A stretch of DNA of 48,988 nucleotides from Escherichia phage JLBYU09. Made by a program: the position numbers and the translations under genes. The stretch lies in sequence record OK272487.1, one strand, 5' to 3'. This document shows positions 1 through 7,508 of the stretch, one piece after another; the first letter of the stretch is position 1; each line of letters starts with the position of its first letter. Under the pieces are notes generated by a model that was not told where the DNA came from, ran no database searches, and saw nothing but the letters and a program-made list of their open reading frames with translations.

Positions 1-1
1 G

Positions 2-712
2 CTATTTTGCGTTTGCTTCGAAGACTGCGCGAGCAAAACCGCGCGGAGTGAGGGAGCGGATCATCTTTGTGCGAGATGATTTTCCGCCAGTTTTGGCCCA
101 GCCTGGATTATCTTTGTCATTCTCTTTCGGCAGGATTAAAGCGCGCTGAGGAATAACAAATCCGTTTCCAGTCCAAAGGCATGTTTTCTTAAAGTAGCGA
201 TCCCGCGCCGGAATAATATCAGGAAAGTCGGGATGTTTATCATCTTCCGGAAGATAGCCAGCATAATCGCACGGATGGAACGTATAATCAGGCTTGCGCC
301 ATAACGTTGACAGCTTGCCTACAGGATTCTCTATCATGTACGGAACGCCGAAATAATCAGCAATTTGCGCCGCTATTTTGCAAGTGTCGGCGGCCTCATC
401 CTGGAAAGAGGGATTCTCAAGGCGTTTTTTGGACCAATGGCGAGATCCGCTATTTGCAAGGTCAGTGCACGGCGGAAATGCCATAATGAAATCAGGCTTG
501 CCCCAATTTTCAAGTTTTGCGGTATATTTGAATAGCTCATCAATCCACACATTAACGTAAAAAATATTATCATGGATTATGCGCACTGATTGGTAATCTC
601 CATGATCTGCATCATCGTAATTAAAGCAAATGCATTTATATCCAGCATCAGCCCAATCTTTAACGGCTTTACCAGATCCATCAAACAAAGAGAATATTAA
701 ACCTTTATACAT
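2..712 (-). CDS. DNA cytosine-5 methyltransferase
   Basis: 236 aa; AdoMet motif I FSLFDGSG, catalytic motif IV AFPPC, motif VI ENP; RBS GAGGTG before the ATG at 712; stop TAG at 2-4 lies inside the conserved box that wraps the window ends. Confidence 0.75.
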   Translation of the reverse strand: MYKGLIFSLFDGSGKAVKDWADAGYKCICFNYDDADHGDYQSVRIIHDNIFYVNVWIDELFKYTAKLENWGKPDFIMAFPPCTDLANSGSRHWSKKRLENPSFQDEAADTCKIAAQIADYFGVPYMIENPVGKLSTLWRKPDYTFHPCDYAGYLPEDDKHPDFPDIIPARDRYFKKTCLWTGNGFVIPQRALILPKENDKDNPGWAKTGGKSSRTKMIRSLTPRGFARAVFEANAK

Positions 713-721
713 TTCATCACC

Positions 722-946
722 TCAAAACGGAAAGCATCTAGGGCAGTTCGGATCAAAATTGCAACCACAATCATTAACAATCATGGTTGGATCTGCAAAT
801 GCAGCGCCGCATTCATGGTCCATATCCATTTCACCCAACGCATCATCAAGCGTCCTGATTTTATATGCGACCTCAAGCGCGGCCTCTTTATTCAGTCCGG
901 CATCTTCTGCTTTTTGCAGTCGCTCAAAAAAACCGTCTTGACTCAT
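722..946 (-). CDS. hypothetical protein, Cys-rich C-terminus
   Basis: 74 aa ORF; C-terminal CGCNFDPNCPRC; ATGA start/stop overlap with the upstream small ORF. Confidence 0.5.
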   Translation of the reverse strand: MSQDGFFERLQKAEDAGLNKEAALEVAYKIRTLDDALGEMDMDHECGAAFADPTMIVNDCGCNFDPNCPRCFPF

Positions 947-1056
947 TTAATAAACTCCTTAACAACAGCAAGAATAATCACAAGCCCAGCAGTAAAAACA
1001 AGCAAACCGACAAGGCCAATCATAACACCAAATAAAATATCAAGCGCCTTAATCAT
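943..1056 (-). CDS. small hydrophobic membrane peptide (37 aa)
   Basis: Hand-translated MIKALDILFGVMIGLVGLLVFTAGLVIILAVVKEFIK; below the track size cut-off; ATGA overlap with the next gene. Confidence 0.35.
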   Translation of the reverse strand: MIKALDILFGVMIGLVGLLVFTAGLVIILAVVKEFIK

Positions 1057-1103
1057 TTATTCACCATTGATAAAATGGGAGGCGGCAACCTCCCATTGAT
1101 TAA

Positions 1104-1331
1104 TCATACAGCCTTCCAGCTTTCAATAAACATGCTGTTTTCTTCCAGAAGTTTAATCAATTCTTCGCGCGTATATTTGCGGATTTTACTACCTGGATGT
1201 GAGCCAACAACAAACACACCTTTACCACTTGTGATGGTTAACTGGTTAATTCCGCAAGATTTATCCATTTTCACGGCGACGCGGTGATGTGCATCAACAG
1301 TGTGCATGATGTTAGTGACTTTAGCTTTCAT
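1104..1331 (-). CDS. hypothetical protein
   Basis: Track ORF 1104..1364; internal ATG at 1331 is preceded by GAGGAT RBS, so the start is moved there. Confidence 0.5.
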   Translation of the reverse strand: MKAKVTNIMHTVDAHHRVAVKMDKSCGINQLTITSGKGVFVVGSHPGSKIRKYTREELIKLLEENSMFIESWKAV

Positions 1332-1374
1332 TATGCGATCCTCATTGTACTTAGTGTAGGACATTATATTTACT

Positions 1375-1590
1375 TCAAATTCTCGATCTTGTTATTGCCA
1401 ATTGCAGAATGAACGCAACGCTCTTGCGTCTCCTTGTCGCCATGAACATCAATATAATAACCAGGTATGACAGTAAAAAANNCCAATTACCACGCCAGAA
1501 GAAATAAAGGCCATGCTTGCTTCCTTTCGCGCATTTATTAGCANATCCTNCNNNGNNNTNTGTTNNNGNGGGGCAATTGTACACCCTCAA
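1375..1590 (-). CDS. hypothetical protein, interrupted by N-run
   Basis: ORF crosses the ambiguous bases 1481-1570; frame and extent uncertain. Confidence 0.25.
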   Translation of the reverse strand: MRVYNCPXXTXXXXGXANKCAKGSKHGLYFFWRGNWXFLLSYLVIILMFMATRRRKSVAFILQLAITRSRI

Positions 1591-1619
1591 AATCCACGGT
1601 ATCGGTATAGCTGTAAAAC

Positions 1620-1772
1620 TTAGAACTCATAGTCAACAACTCCAAATTCGTTAACGATTTGCGCCTTATAGAATCCGCCATTTTTCGCAAGGTTGTAGCA
1701 GGCCGCTACAGTTTCAAATTCTCGCACTTCCGGCTGGCTGTTTTCATGTTCCCAGGTAATCAGAGTAACCAT
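1620..1772 (-). CDS. small hypothetical protein (50 aa)
   Basis: Hand-translated MVTLITWEHENSQPEVREFETVAACYNLAKNGGFYKAQIVNEFGVVDYEF; first ORF downstream of promoter-like element at 1806-1850. Confidence 0.4.
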   Translation of the reverse strand: MVTLITWEHENSQPEVREFETVAACYNLAKNGGFYKAQIVNEFGVVDYEF

Positions 1773-1805
1773 TTTCAAATCCTCGCATTCGTTGTCGATG
1801 TGTGT

Positions 1806-1850
1806 AATATATCGGATTGCGAGGATTGAGTTTTAACAAAAAGTGCTATT
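1806..1850 (-). promoter_or_regulatory. conserved-box promoter-like element (box, 19-nt spacer, TATATT)
   Basis: Minus-strand AATAGCACTTTTTGTTAAAA at 1850-1831, -10-like TATATT at 1811-1806; stop TAA of gene 1850..2116 abuts the box. Confidence 0.5.
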
Positions 1851-2116
1851 TAGTCCAGGAATTCGATTTCGCGCTCGCCAGTTAACGGATCTTTAATCCA
1901 GAATCCGAGCGCCTCACCGTAAATACCGCCATAGAATCCAAGCGCCGACAGATCCTCACCTTTAACAAATACCAGATCCCCGCTACGGCTTACGTGAGAT
2001 ACGTTAACGATAACCGGAAAGGTGCGATCCTTAAATGCAGGCCGCAGGGCGTAACATCCGTTATTGAGCAAACGTGCTTTGCGCTTAACTGGAATAGGTG
2101 CATTGATTCGCGCCAT
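1850..2116 (-). CDS. hypothetical protein
   Basis: 88 aa; AAGGAG RBS before the ATG at 2116. Confidence 0.55.
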   Translation of the reverse strand: MARINAPIPVKRKARLLNNGCYALRPAFKDRTFPVIVNVSHVSRSGDLVFVKGEDLSALGFYGGIYGEALGFWIKDPLTGEREIEFLD

Positions 2117-2129
2117 CTTTATTTCTCCT

Positions 2130-2375
2130 TCATTGTTGATCGTGTTTAACGGCCATCAGAACATCACAGGACTCGTTAATGAATTTAGCCATGCGTTTAT
2201 CATCACCAACAGGTATTAGCGCGTTAAACTCGCGTTTGCTACTGAATACCGTCACTTTATGAAACGATGCGAACGGCATCGACGGGAACTCGACTGTTTG
2301 CGTCAAGATTCGCAATCCCATCTTTTTGGCCCTTATCTGGGCCTCAGCGAGTTCAAAATCCACTTCACTAATCAT
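2130..2375 (-). CDS. hypothetical protein
   Basis: 81 aa; GAGGAG RBS; ATGA overlap with upstream gene. Confidence 0.55.
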   Translation of the reverse strand: MISEVDFELAEAQIRAKKMGLRILTQTVEFPSMPFASFHKVTVFSSKREFNALIPVGDDKRMAKFINESCDVLMAVKHDQQ

Positions 2376-2644
2376 TTCTTGATCTCCTCAGCAATAAACT
2401 TCAGGACTTTGCGCAAAAACACTTCATTATTGATGGTCGCTGGCAATTCTTCTTTTACTTCTTGCGGCAGGTAAACGTTGCCATGCCAGGTTAAGCAATC
2501 GTAGTTGATACGATAAGAGCAAAGCCACTCGCAATCGTTATCCGCTTCCCAAATGCAGAGTTGCAGAACATCACCGAAATCCTCAACAGTCAGATCCAGA
2601 CCGTGACGCTTTGCAAAGTTGAAAGTGGTTTTGCTGATGTTCAT
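2372..2644 (-). CDS. hypothetical protein
   Basis: 90 aa; AGGAGA RBS; first gene after promoter-like element at 2683-2727. Confidence 0.55.
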   Translation of the reverse strand: MNISKTTFNFAKRHGLDLTVEDFGDVLQLCIWEADNDCEWLCSYRINYDCLTWHGNVYLPQEVKEELPATINNEVFLRKVLKFIAEEIKK

Positions 2645-2682
2645 TTGCTTTCTCCTGATGGGTATCTCGTTTCGATGTGTGC

Positions 2683-2727
2683 ATTATGCCGAATCCAGTC
2701 AGGCACGTTTTAACAAAAAGTGCTATT
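2683..2727 (-). promoter_or_regulatory. conserved-box promoter-like element (box, 19-nt spacer, CATAAT)
   Basis: Minus-strand AATAGCACTTTTTGTTAAAA at 2727-2708; CATAAT at 2688-2683. Confidence 0.5.
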
Positions 2728-3316
2728 TGCTTACTGGTCATTATTCCATCTATTCCATTAATCAGGAATAACAGGAATAACTCATTCGCGATCACCTGGA
2801 TTGGGAGACTTTGAGTTTGGTCAATTTTAATCAAGTGATTAACTTTTTGTGTGGAGGGGATAGAGAAACGCTGCCCTCTTGCATCCTTTCCGACAATCCT
2901 GGCGCGCGCATCTGTTATTTCTGTTCCCCATGTTATCTCAAATAAGCCTCCGCACTTTTAGATAACAGAATCGGCGTTCATCAACAAAAAGAACAAAATA
3001 AAANTNANATATNNACNNANNANATCAATAAGTTAGTTATATATGTATTTATATTTGTTATTTACTGTTGAGCTTGTTCTATGGGTATATGGTGGAGTGG
3101 TATTGTTTGTGGTGATATGTATGTGTGATTGTATATTTTTTAATCAATGGTGATATGTGGTGATTTTTGTATGTATATATATAGGTATGGAGCAATCCTC
3201 CGTCAACCAAGTCAACAAGGTCATTTTTAAAAGAAAAACCAATGACTTAACTGAAGCATTTTGTTATCTTTAAACGCGCCACATGCCAAAAATTGTTATT
3301 AAAACACAAAAATACA

Positions 3317-3345
3317 TTGACACGTATGAAAGGCAAGGCAATAAT
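3317..3345 (+). promoter_or_regulatory. sigma70-like promoter (TTGACA, 17 nt, AATAAT)
   Basis: TTGACA at 3317-3322, AATAAT at 3340-3345; at the right end of AT-rich region A, before the first rightward gene. Confidence 0.5.
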
Positions 3346-3381
3346 GCATCCAGTTTAAACGCAACAAAAGGAGTAGACGCC

Positions 3382-3903
3382 ATGAGCGAAGAAAATATTA
3401 GCACCATGTCGCGTAGTGAGTTCTGCGATATGCTTCGCAGCCTGGGCGCGGCAATTGGTAGCGGTGAGCGTAATGATGTATTCATGCCAGCACTTTTTTT
3501 GTGCGCTAACGTGGAGAACGGCGAAGCAATTACGGCATCGTACATGCGCCAAGTGGTCAACCGTGTGCCAGAAGTAAAGCAAAAAGGCGTGATCAGCATT
3601 AAGCGAAAGGTGACTGATGAGGGTGATGGCTTTGTGTTTACGCTCACTGAAGCCAAAAGCAAGCCTCGCGTTCTGACTGGTGAAGAAATCGACGAGATCG
3701 CAGAAAAGCGCGCAGAGAAGGCGGTAAGCAAAATTCTTAATCACCTGGTAAACGTAATGCCAAATATCACAGACCTGGAAGGCGACAAACTTGCTGGGGC
3801 GTGTGAGGCTATCGGGCGCTACCAGGATATGATTCGTAAACTCGCTGGAGGAAAAGAGGATGAATANNNNATNNNNNNNNNTNTTNAAACTCGAAAACGA
3901 TAA
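3382..3903 (+). CDS. hypothetical protein (C-terminus crosses N-run)
   Basis: Track ORF 3283..3903; start moved to ATG 3382 after AAAGGAG RBS; N-run 3867-3893. Confidence 0.5.
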   Translation: MSEENISTMSRSEFCDMLRSLGAAIGSGERNDVFMPALFLCANVENGEAITASYMRQVVNRVPEVKQKGVISIKRKVTDEGDGFVFTLTEAKSKPRVLTGEEIDEIAEKRAEKAVSKILNHLVNVMPNITDLEGDKLAGACEAIGRYQDMIRKLAGGKEDEXXXXXXXXTRKR

Positions 3904-3969
3904 CCAGGCATAATAAATCACATAGGGCGGCACGGCGTCGCACAGTTAAACCAATCAGGAGAAAGCACC

Positions 3970-4863
3970 ATGTTAAAACTTGCTGACATTAAATTCCCGA
4001 TCACCTTCGAATCTCGCGGCATTGGTCATTACATTTTTACCGATGAAAAAACATGCCATAAGGTTGATATGAATAGCGACAAACTAACCCCATCAACAAT
4101 GGAGATTGAACACTTTATTGATGCACACAATACGCACTACAACGCACTTAAAGACTATGGCTATGCAATGCCAGGCTACACATGTTTGCACTACAAGCCA
4201 TATAAGGGCCAGGTGTTACCAGTGCGCTCACCGGAACGCGCAGAGATTCCGATGGTCAATATGAAAACCTGCGACTACAAAAAGCTGTGGTGCTTAAGTC
4301 TGGACAATATCAAGTATCCGATCACGTTCCACACGACTGGTAAGTCAACGATTCGCTACACATCGCGCGACAATGGCGTTTATAGCGATGGTACGAAATC
4401 AGGGTTGAAAGTTGATTTCTTTGTCAATGGTCACAACAAGTTCAATCCGCACAATGAAAAGGATAAGGTGTACTACGTGGAAGATATTACAAAACACTTG
4501 TTTGGAGAAACACCATTCGGCGGCGGTAAGACGTCAATTCAACAAATCATTGGCGAGGAGATCCACAAGGCAGCCGTTGAAATGAAAGCGCCTGGAGGAT
4601 GGCGTATTGATAAGAGCGCAATTGTCTATCAAGAAATAGTAACGCAGGGCGCAATTGAAGACATGCCACTTGCCGCCACGCTAAAAGGCGTCCAAATTGC
4701 GGATGGCACATGGTTTGAATTAACGGCAAAACCAAAGACTATCGAGATTCATGATGATGTTGTTATTCTTCTGCTTCATTACGGTAGCGCAAAAAACCGT
4801 ACCGTTGCGGGTGAGATTAGCATCAAGCGCGGAACGATGGTTAAGTGGAATGTCAAAGTGTAA
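3970..4863 (+). CDS. hypothetical protein with internal duplication
   Basis: 297 aa; AGGAGA RBS; two related modules (IKFPITFESRG and IKYPITFHTTG); stop TAA abuts the conserved box. Confidence 0.6.
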   Translation: MLKLADIKFPITFESRGIGHYIFTDEKTCHKVDMNSDKLTPSTMEIEHFIDAHNTHYNALKDYGYAMPGYTCLHYKPYKGQVLPVRSPERAEIPMVNMKTCDYKKLWCLSLDNIKYPITFHTTGKSTIRYTSRDNGVYSDGTKSGLKVDFFVNGHNKFNPHNEKDKVYYVEDITKHLFGETPFGGGKTSIQQIIGEEIHKAAVEMKAPGGWRIDKSAIVYQEIVTQGAIEDMPLAATLKGVQIADGTWFELTAKPKTIEIHDDVVILLLHYGSAKNRTVAGEISIKRGTMVKWNVKV

Positions 4864-4906
4864 ATAGCACGAATTGTTAAAACTCAAATGTGGGGCCAGG
4901 TATAAT
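4863..4906 (+). promoter_or_regulatory. conserved-box promoter-like element (box, 18-nt spacer, TATAAT)
   Basis: AATAGCACGAATTGTTAAAA at 4863-4882; TATAAT at 4901-4906 sits in the loop of GGCC...GGCC. Confidence 0.5.
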
Positions 4907-4936
4907 GGCCTCACTTTCAACGAAGGAGATAAAACG

Positions 4937-5374
4937 ATGTACATTAGCAAGAAGATGAAATGCGTTTCCGTTAATTATGGTTGTGCTGGAATGTTCAAGC
5001 CTGGCGAAATCTATACGGCGCAAAAACTGAAATCATCAACCGGATCCTTTTACGTGAGCAATAGTAAAGGGCATCGCATGTTCCTGAACGGTGGCGAAGG
5101 CACTAAGGTTATGGCGCACGCTATGGTGATTGCTGAATTTGAGGAAGTGAAAGATGGAACAAATAAGCGCGTTAAGCACAAGTTTATTGATAATCATGGC
5201 GATGCACTTGAGGTATATAAGTTCGGCGATCGCGTGTTTATTGATGGCACATTTGAAGGTGGACGCAGGCCGGATTTTAGATCGATACTCACCATTGACC
5301 AGGTGCGCAAGCTGGCGGATAAGTTAAATGATCTGGCAGATGAAATCGAATACAAGCAAATTCATTTTAATTGA
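4937..5374 (+). CDS. hypothetical protein
   Basis: Track ORF 4874..5374; start moved to ATG 4937 after GAAGGAGA RBS. Confidence 0.55.
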   Translation: MYISKKMKCVSVNYGCAGMFKPGEIYTAQKLKSSTGSFYVSNSKGHRMFLNGGEGTKVMAHAMVIAEFEEVKDGTNKRVKHKFIDNHGDALEVYKFGDRVFIDGTFEGGRRPDFRSILTIDQVRKLADKLNDLADEIEYKQIHFN

Positions 5375-5385
5375 TAGGTTTGATA

Positions 5386-5925
5386 ATGAAAAAATACGAA
5401 TTTGAACTTTGGGGCAGCAAATACCATTTTTCCACGAGCAAGCCGATTGTTATCGTTGACCTGGACGGAACGTTATCAGACGGAACGCATCGCTTACACC
5501 TGCTTCCGACAGAAGATTTGCACCTTACAGAAAGCTGGTCTGAGTTCAATAAGGCGGCTGTTGGCGATTCGCCGATTAAGAGCACGGTTGCAGTGGTTAA
5601 CGGTTTGTGGATGTCAGGATTTGCCATCGTTATCCTGACCGGACGTAGCGATGAAGTGATGGAGGACACCTGCAAATGGATTAACGAAAACGGCATCAAG
5701 TACGATGCGTTAATCATGCGCCGCAAGGAAGACAACCGCAAAGACACAATCATTAAAGAAGAAGTCTTGCGCGCTATCGGCCTAGAAAACATCGTGTGCG
5801 CTTTTGATGATTCGCCGAACGTGGTTAAGCACTTCCGCAGCCTGGGAATCACAACCTATCAGGTCACGGAATACGACAAGCCACATAATCATATCCAATC
5901 GCATGGCGTGGAGGAATTGAAATGA
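5386..5925 (+). CDS. HAD-superfamily phosphatase (polynucleotide 3-phosphatase / nucleotidase-like)
   Basis: HAD motif I VIVDLDGTL, downstream LTGR and FDDS motifs; start taken at ATG 5386. Confidence 0.6.
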   Translation: MKKYEFELWGSKYHFSTSKPIVIVDLDGTLSDGTHRLHLLPTEDLHLTESWSEFNKAAVGDSPIKSTVAVVNGLWMSGFAIVILTGRSDEVMEDTCKWINENGIKYDALIMRRKEDNRKDTIIKEEVLRAIGLENIVCAFDDSPNVVKHFRSLGITTYQVTEYDKPHNHIQSHGVEELK

Positions 5926-6135
5926 TCTGGTTACTTTTAATCTTTGTCACAAGTTACAATTCCGCCGCTATTGAATCGCAAGAGTTCCACGGCGAATCAA
6001 GATGCCAGGAAGCACGANNACNNGNNNNNCNNNANNTCNACGGNCGAATCAAGATGCCAGGAAGCACGAAAACAAGTTGTTCTCCACATGTCAGATAGTG
6101 GGAAAGATGTAACAGCGCTATGCGTTCGTAAATAG
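5922..6135 (+). CDS. small membrane protein (MIWLL family), interrupted by N-run and tandem duplicate
   Basis: ATG 5922 overlaps the upstream stop, GGAGGA RBS; N-terminus MIWLLLIFVTSYNS; frame ambiguous across Ns 6018-6043. Confidence 0.3.
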
Positions 6136-6175
6136 CACTTTTTGCAAAAACACATTATCGGGCTTGCGGTATAGT
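6131..6175 (+). promoter_or_regulatory. conserved-box promoter-like element (box variant TTTTTGCAAAAA, 19-nt spacer, TATAGT)
   Basis: AATAGCACTTTTTGCAAAAA at 6131-6150; TATAGT at 6170-6175 in the loop of GGGCTT...AAGCCC. Confidence 0.5.
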
Positions 6176-6246
6176 AAGCCCATCGACAACAAGCGAGGAT
6201 TAAATCATGGTTAATAAAGTTGAGTTTTTCAAAGCGGTAGACAAGA

Positions 6247-6471
6247 TTGACGGCGCGCCAAGTTTCTTTGCTATCCATTCCATTGACGGCGAAAGACGTT
6301 GCATACAACGTGATTAGTCGAGACGGTATATCAAAACTTAGTGACCTGGTGGGTTATATTGTGGCAAACGGGAAATGTGCATGGCCCGATTCGCCACGAG
6401 AGCCGCGCCGCCGCGACATGCAAAATCCAGTCCTGCTTTACACGCTGGTAATTGAAGGAGTCAACAAATGA
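6247..6471 (+). CDS. hypothetical protein (5-prime end uncertain, possible frameshift)
   Basis: Track ORF with TTG start; an RBS-preceded ATG at 6207 opens a 36-aa ORF in another frame; 3-prime end is coupled (ATGA) to the next gene. Confidence 0.35.
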   Translation: MTARQVSLLSIPLTAKDVAYNVISRDGISKLSDLVGYIVANGKCAWPDSPREPRRRDMQNPVLLYTLVIEGVNK

Positions 6472-6653
6472 TTTGGTTACTTGTATTTTTGGTGGTTTTC
6501 TTTTATATTTCAGGCTTATTCATCTTCCGTGCGCTGGTGAAAACATGCGATTGCACGGATAAAGATCATCCTCTTGTTCTGATGTTCTGGTTTGTGTGGT
6601 TTTGGGTTGCGCTTTATCAGATTGTACGGGATAAAAGCGGATTCAAGTGGTGA
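6468..6653 (+). CDS. small membrane protein (MIWLL family)
   Basis: 61 aa; N-terminus MIWLLVFLVVFFYISGLFIF; GAAGGAG RBS; paralog of the 5922 gene. Confidence 0.55.
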   Translation: MIWLLVFLVVFFYISGLFIFRALVKTCDCTDKDHPLVLMFWFVWFWVALYQIVRDKSGFKW

Positions 6654-6847
6654 TTCTTACTATAGCGCATTCACGCAGTGCGCTATGTTGAGATAACAAC
6701 ATGAGATCATGAAGATGCGAAACTTCGAAAAAATCGTATCCAAAAAGAAGCGATACAGCTACCACGAGCACCAAGAGATGAATCAACGCTATCGCAATAA
6801 GCGCCAGCGCAAAGGTAAACATTCCGGTAAACATGGAGAAAATCAAT

Positions 6848-7438
6848 ATGAAACGCGACATTATCATTCTTAACGGACCGCCAGGAGTTGGCAAAGATAC
6901 GCTTGCGGCATACTTAACGGGTCATCGTTACGCAGCGGTTAAAGCGTCATTTAAACAGCCTATGTTCGATATTGCATTCTCCATGCTTGGCGTTTACCGA
7001 TATGACGAGTTCATTGATCTGTATAACGACCGTGAGCAGAAAGAAAAGCCTCAAGCAATCTTGCAAGGTAAGTCTCCGCGACAATTCATGATCTGGATTA
7101 GCGAAGAAGTCATGAAGCCAGCTTTTGGCGAGCAATATTTTGGGAATCGCATGGTTGAGCAAGTACACGAGATGTACAGAGATTTAGCTGTTGTAATTAG
7201 TGATGGCGGATTCCCTGAAGAAATCAAGCCGCTCGTTAAGGCAGGCCATGAAGTTCACATTTGCCGACTGCATCGCGAAGGATTCACGTTTGATGGCGAT
7301 TCACGAAACTATATTGACCTGAGCGGATACCATCACCGAGTCAAGCATTACGACTTCACAATGATTGATGGCGAGCCAGAAAAGACTGTTGACGAGATCA
7401 TCAAAGCGGTGCAGTGGAAACACACAAAGATTGAATAG
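6848..7438 (+). CDS. P-loop nucleotide kinase (dNMP-kinase-like)
   Basis: Walker A LNGPPGVGKDT with GKDT and a GKSP motif, recalled as resembling T4 gp1 dNMP kinase; start moved to ATG 6848 after GGAG RBS; stop TAG inside the conserved box. Confidence 0.55.
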   Translation: MKRDIIILNGPPGVGKDTLAAYLTGHRYAAVKASFKQPMFDIAFSMLGVYRYDEFIDLYNDREQKEKPQAILQGKSPRQFMIWISEEVMKPAFGEQYFGNRMVEQVHEMYRDLAVVISDGGFPEEIKPLVKAGHEVHICRLHREGFTFDGDSRNYIDLSGYHHRVKHYDFTMIDGEPEKTVDEIIKAVQWKHTKIE

Positions 7439-7478
7439 CACGAATTGCTAAAAGCGGGGCGCAATGCCTCGCTATAAT
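7434..7478 (+). promoter_or_regulatory. conserved-box promoter-like element (box, 19-nt spacer, TATAAT)
   Basis: AATAGCACGAATTGCTAAAA at 7434-7453; TATAAT at 7473-7478. Confidence 0.5.
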
Positions 7479-7508
7479 GCAAACACCAATCAACGAGAGG
7501 AAATCATC

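Noticed and set aside
1481-1570. N-runs as biological features (also 3001-3025, 3867-3893, 8717-8738, 9121-9143, 37122-37200, 45918-45958)
   Set aside because: These are ambiguous base calls or masking, not sequence features. They only make the frames of genes 1375-1590, 3382-3903, 8492-8749, 9093-9328, 36928-37753 and 45867-46073 uncertain.
2583-2834. 83-aa minus-strand ORF
   Set aside because: It reads through the promoter-like box and the leader of gene 2372-2644, which has its own RBS and start; most likely non-coding.
3355-3933. 192-aa minus-strand ORF
   Set aside because: Antisense to the rightward gene 3382-3903 in a block transcribed rightward; contains X residues from the N-run; no RBS.
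6643-6894. 83-aa hydrophobic minus-strand ORF
   Set aside because: Opposite to all neighbouring genes and overlapping the start of the kinase-like gene. A 54-aa basic plus-strand ORF at 6709-6873 is an alternative, but it is also weakly supported and is not reported as a feature.
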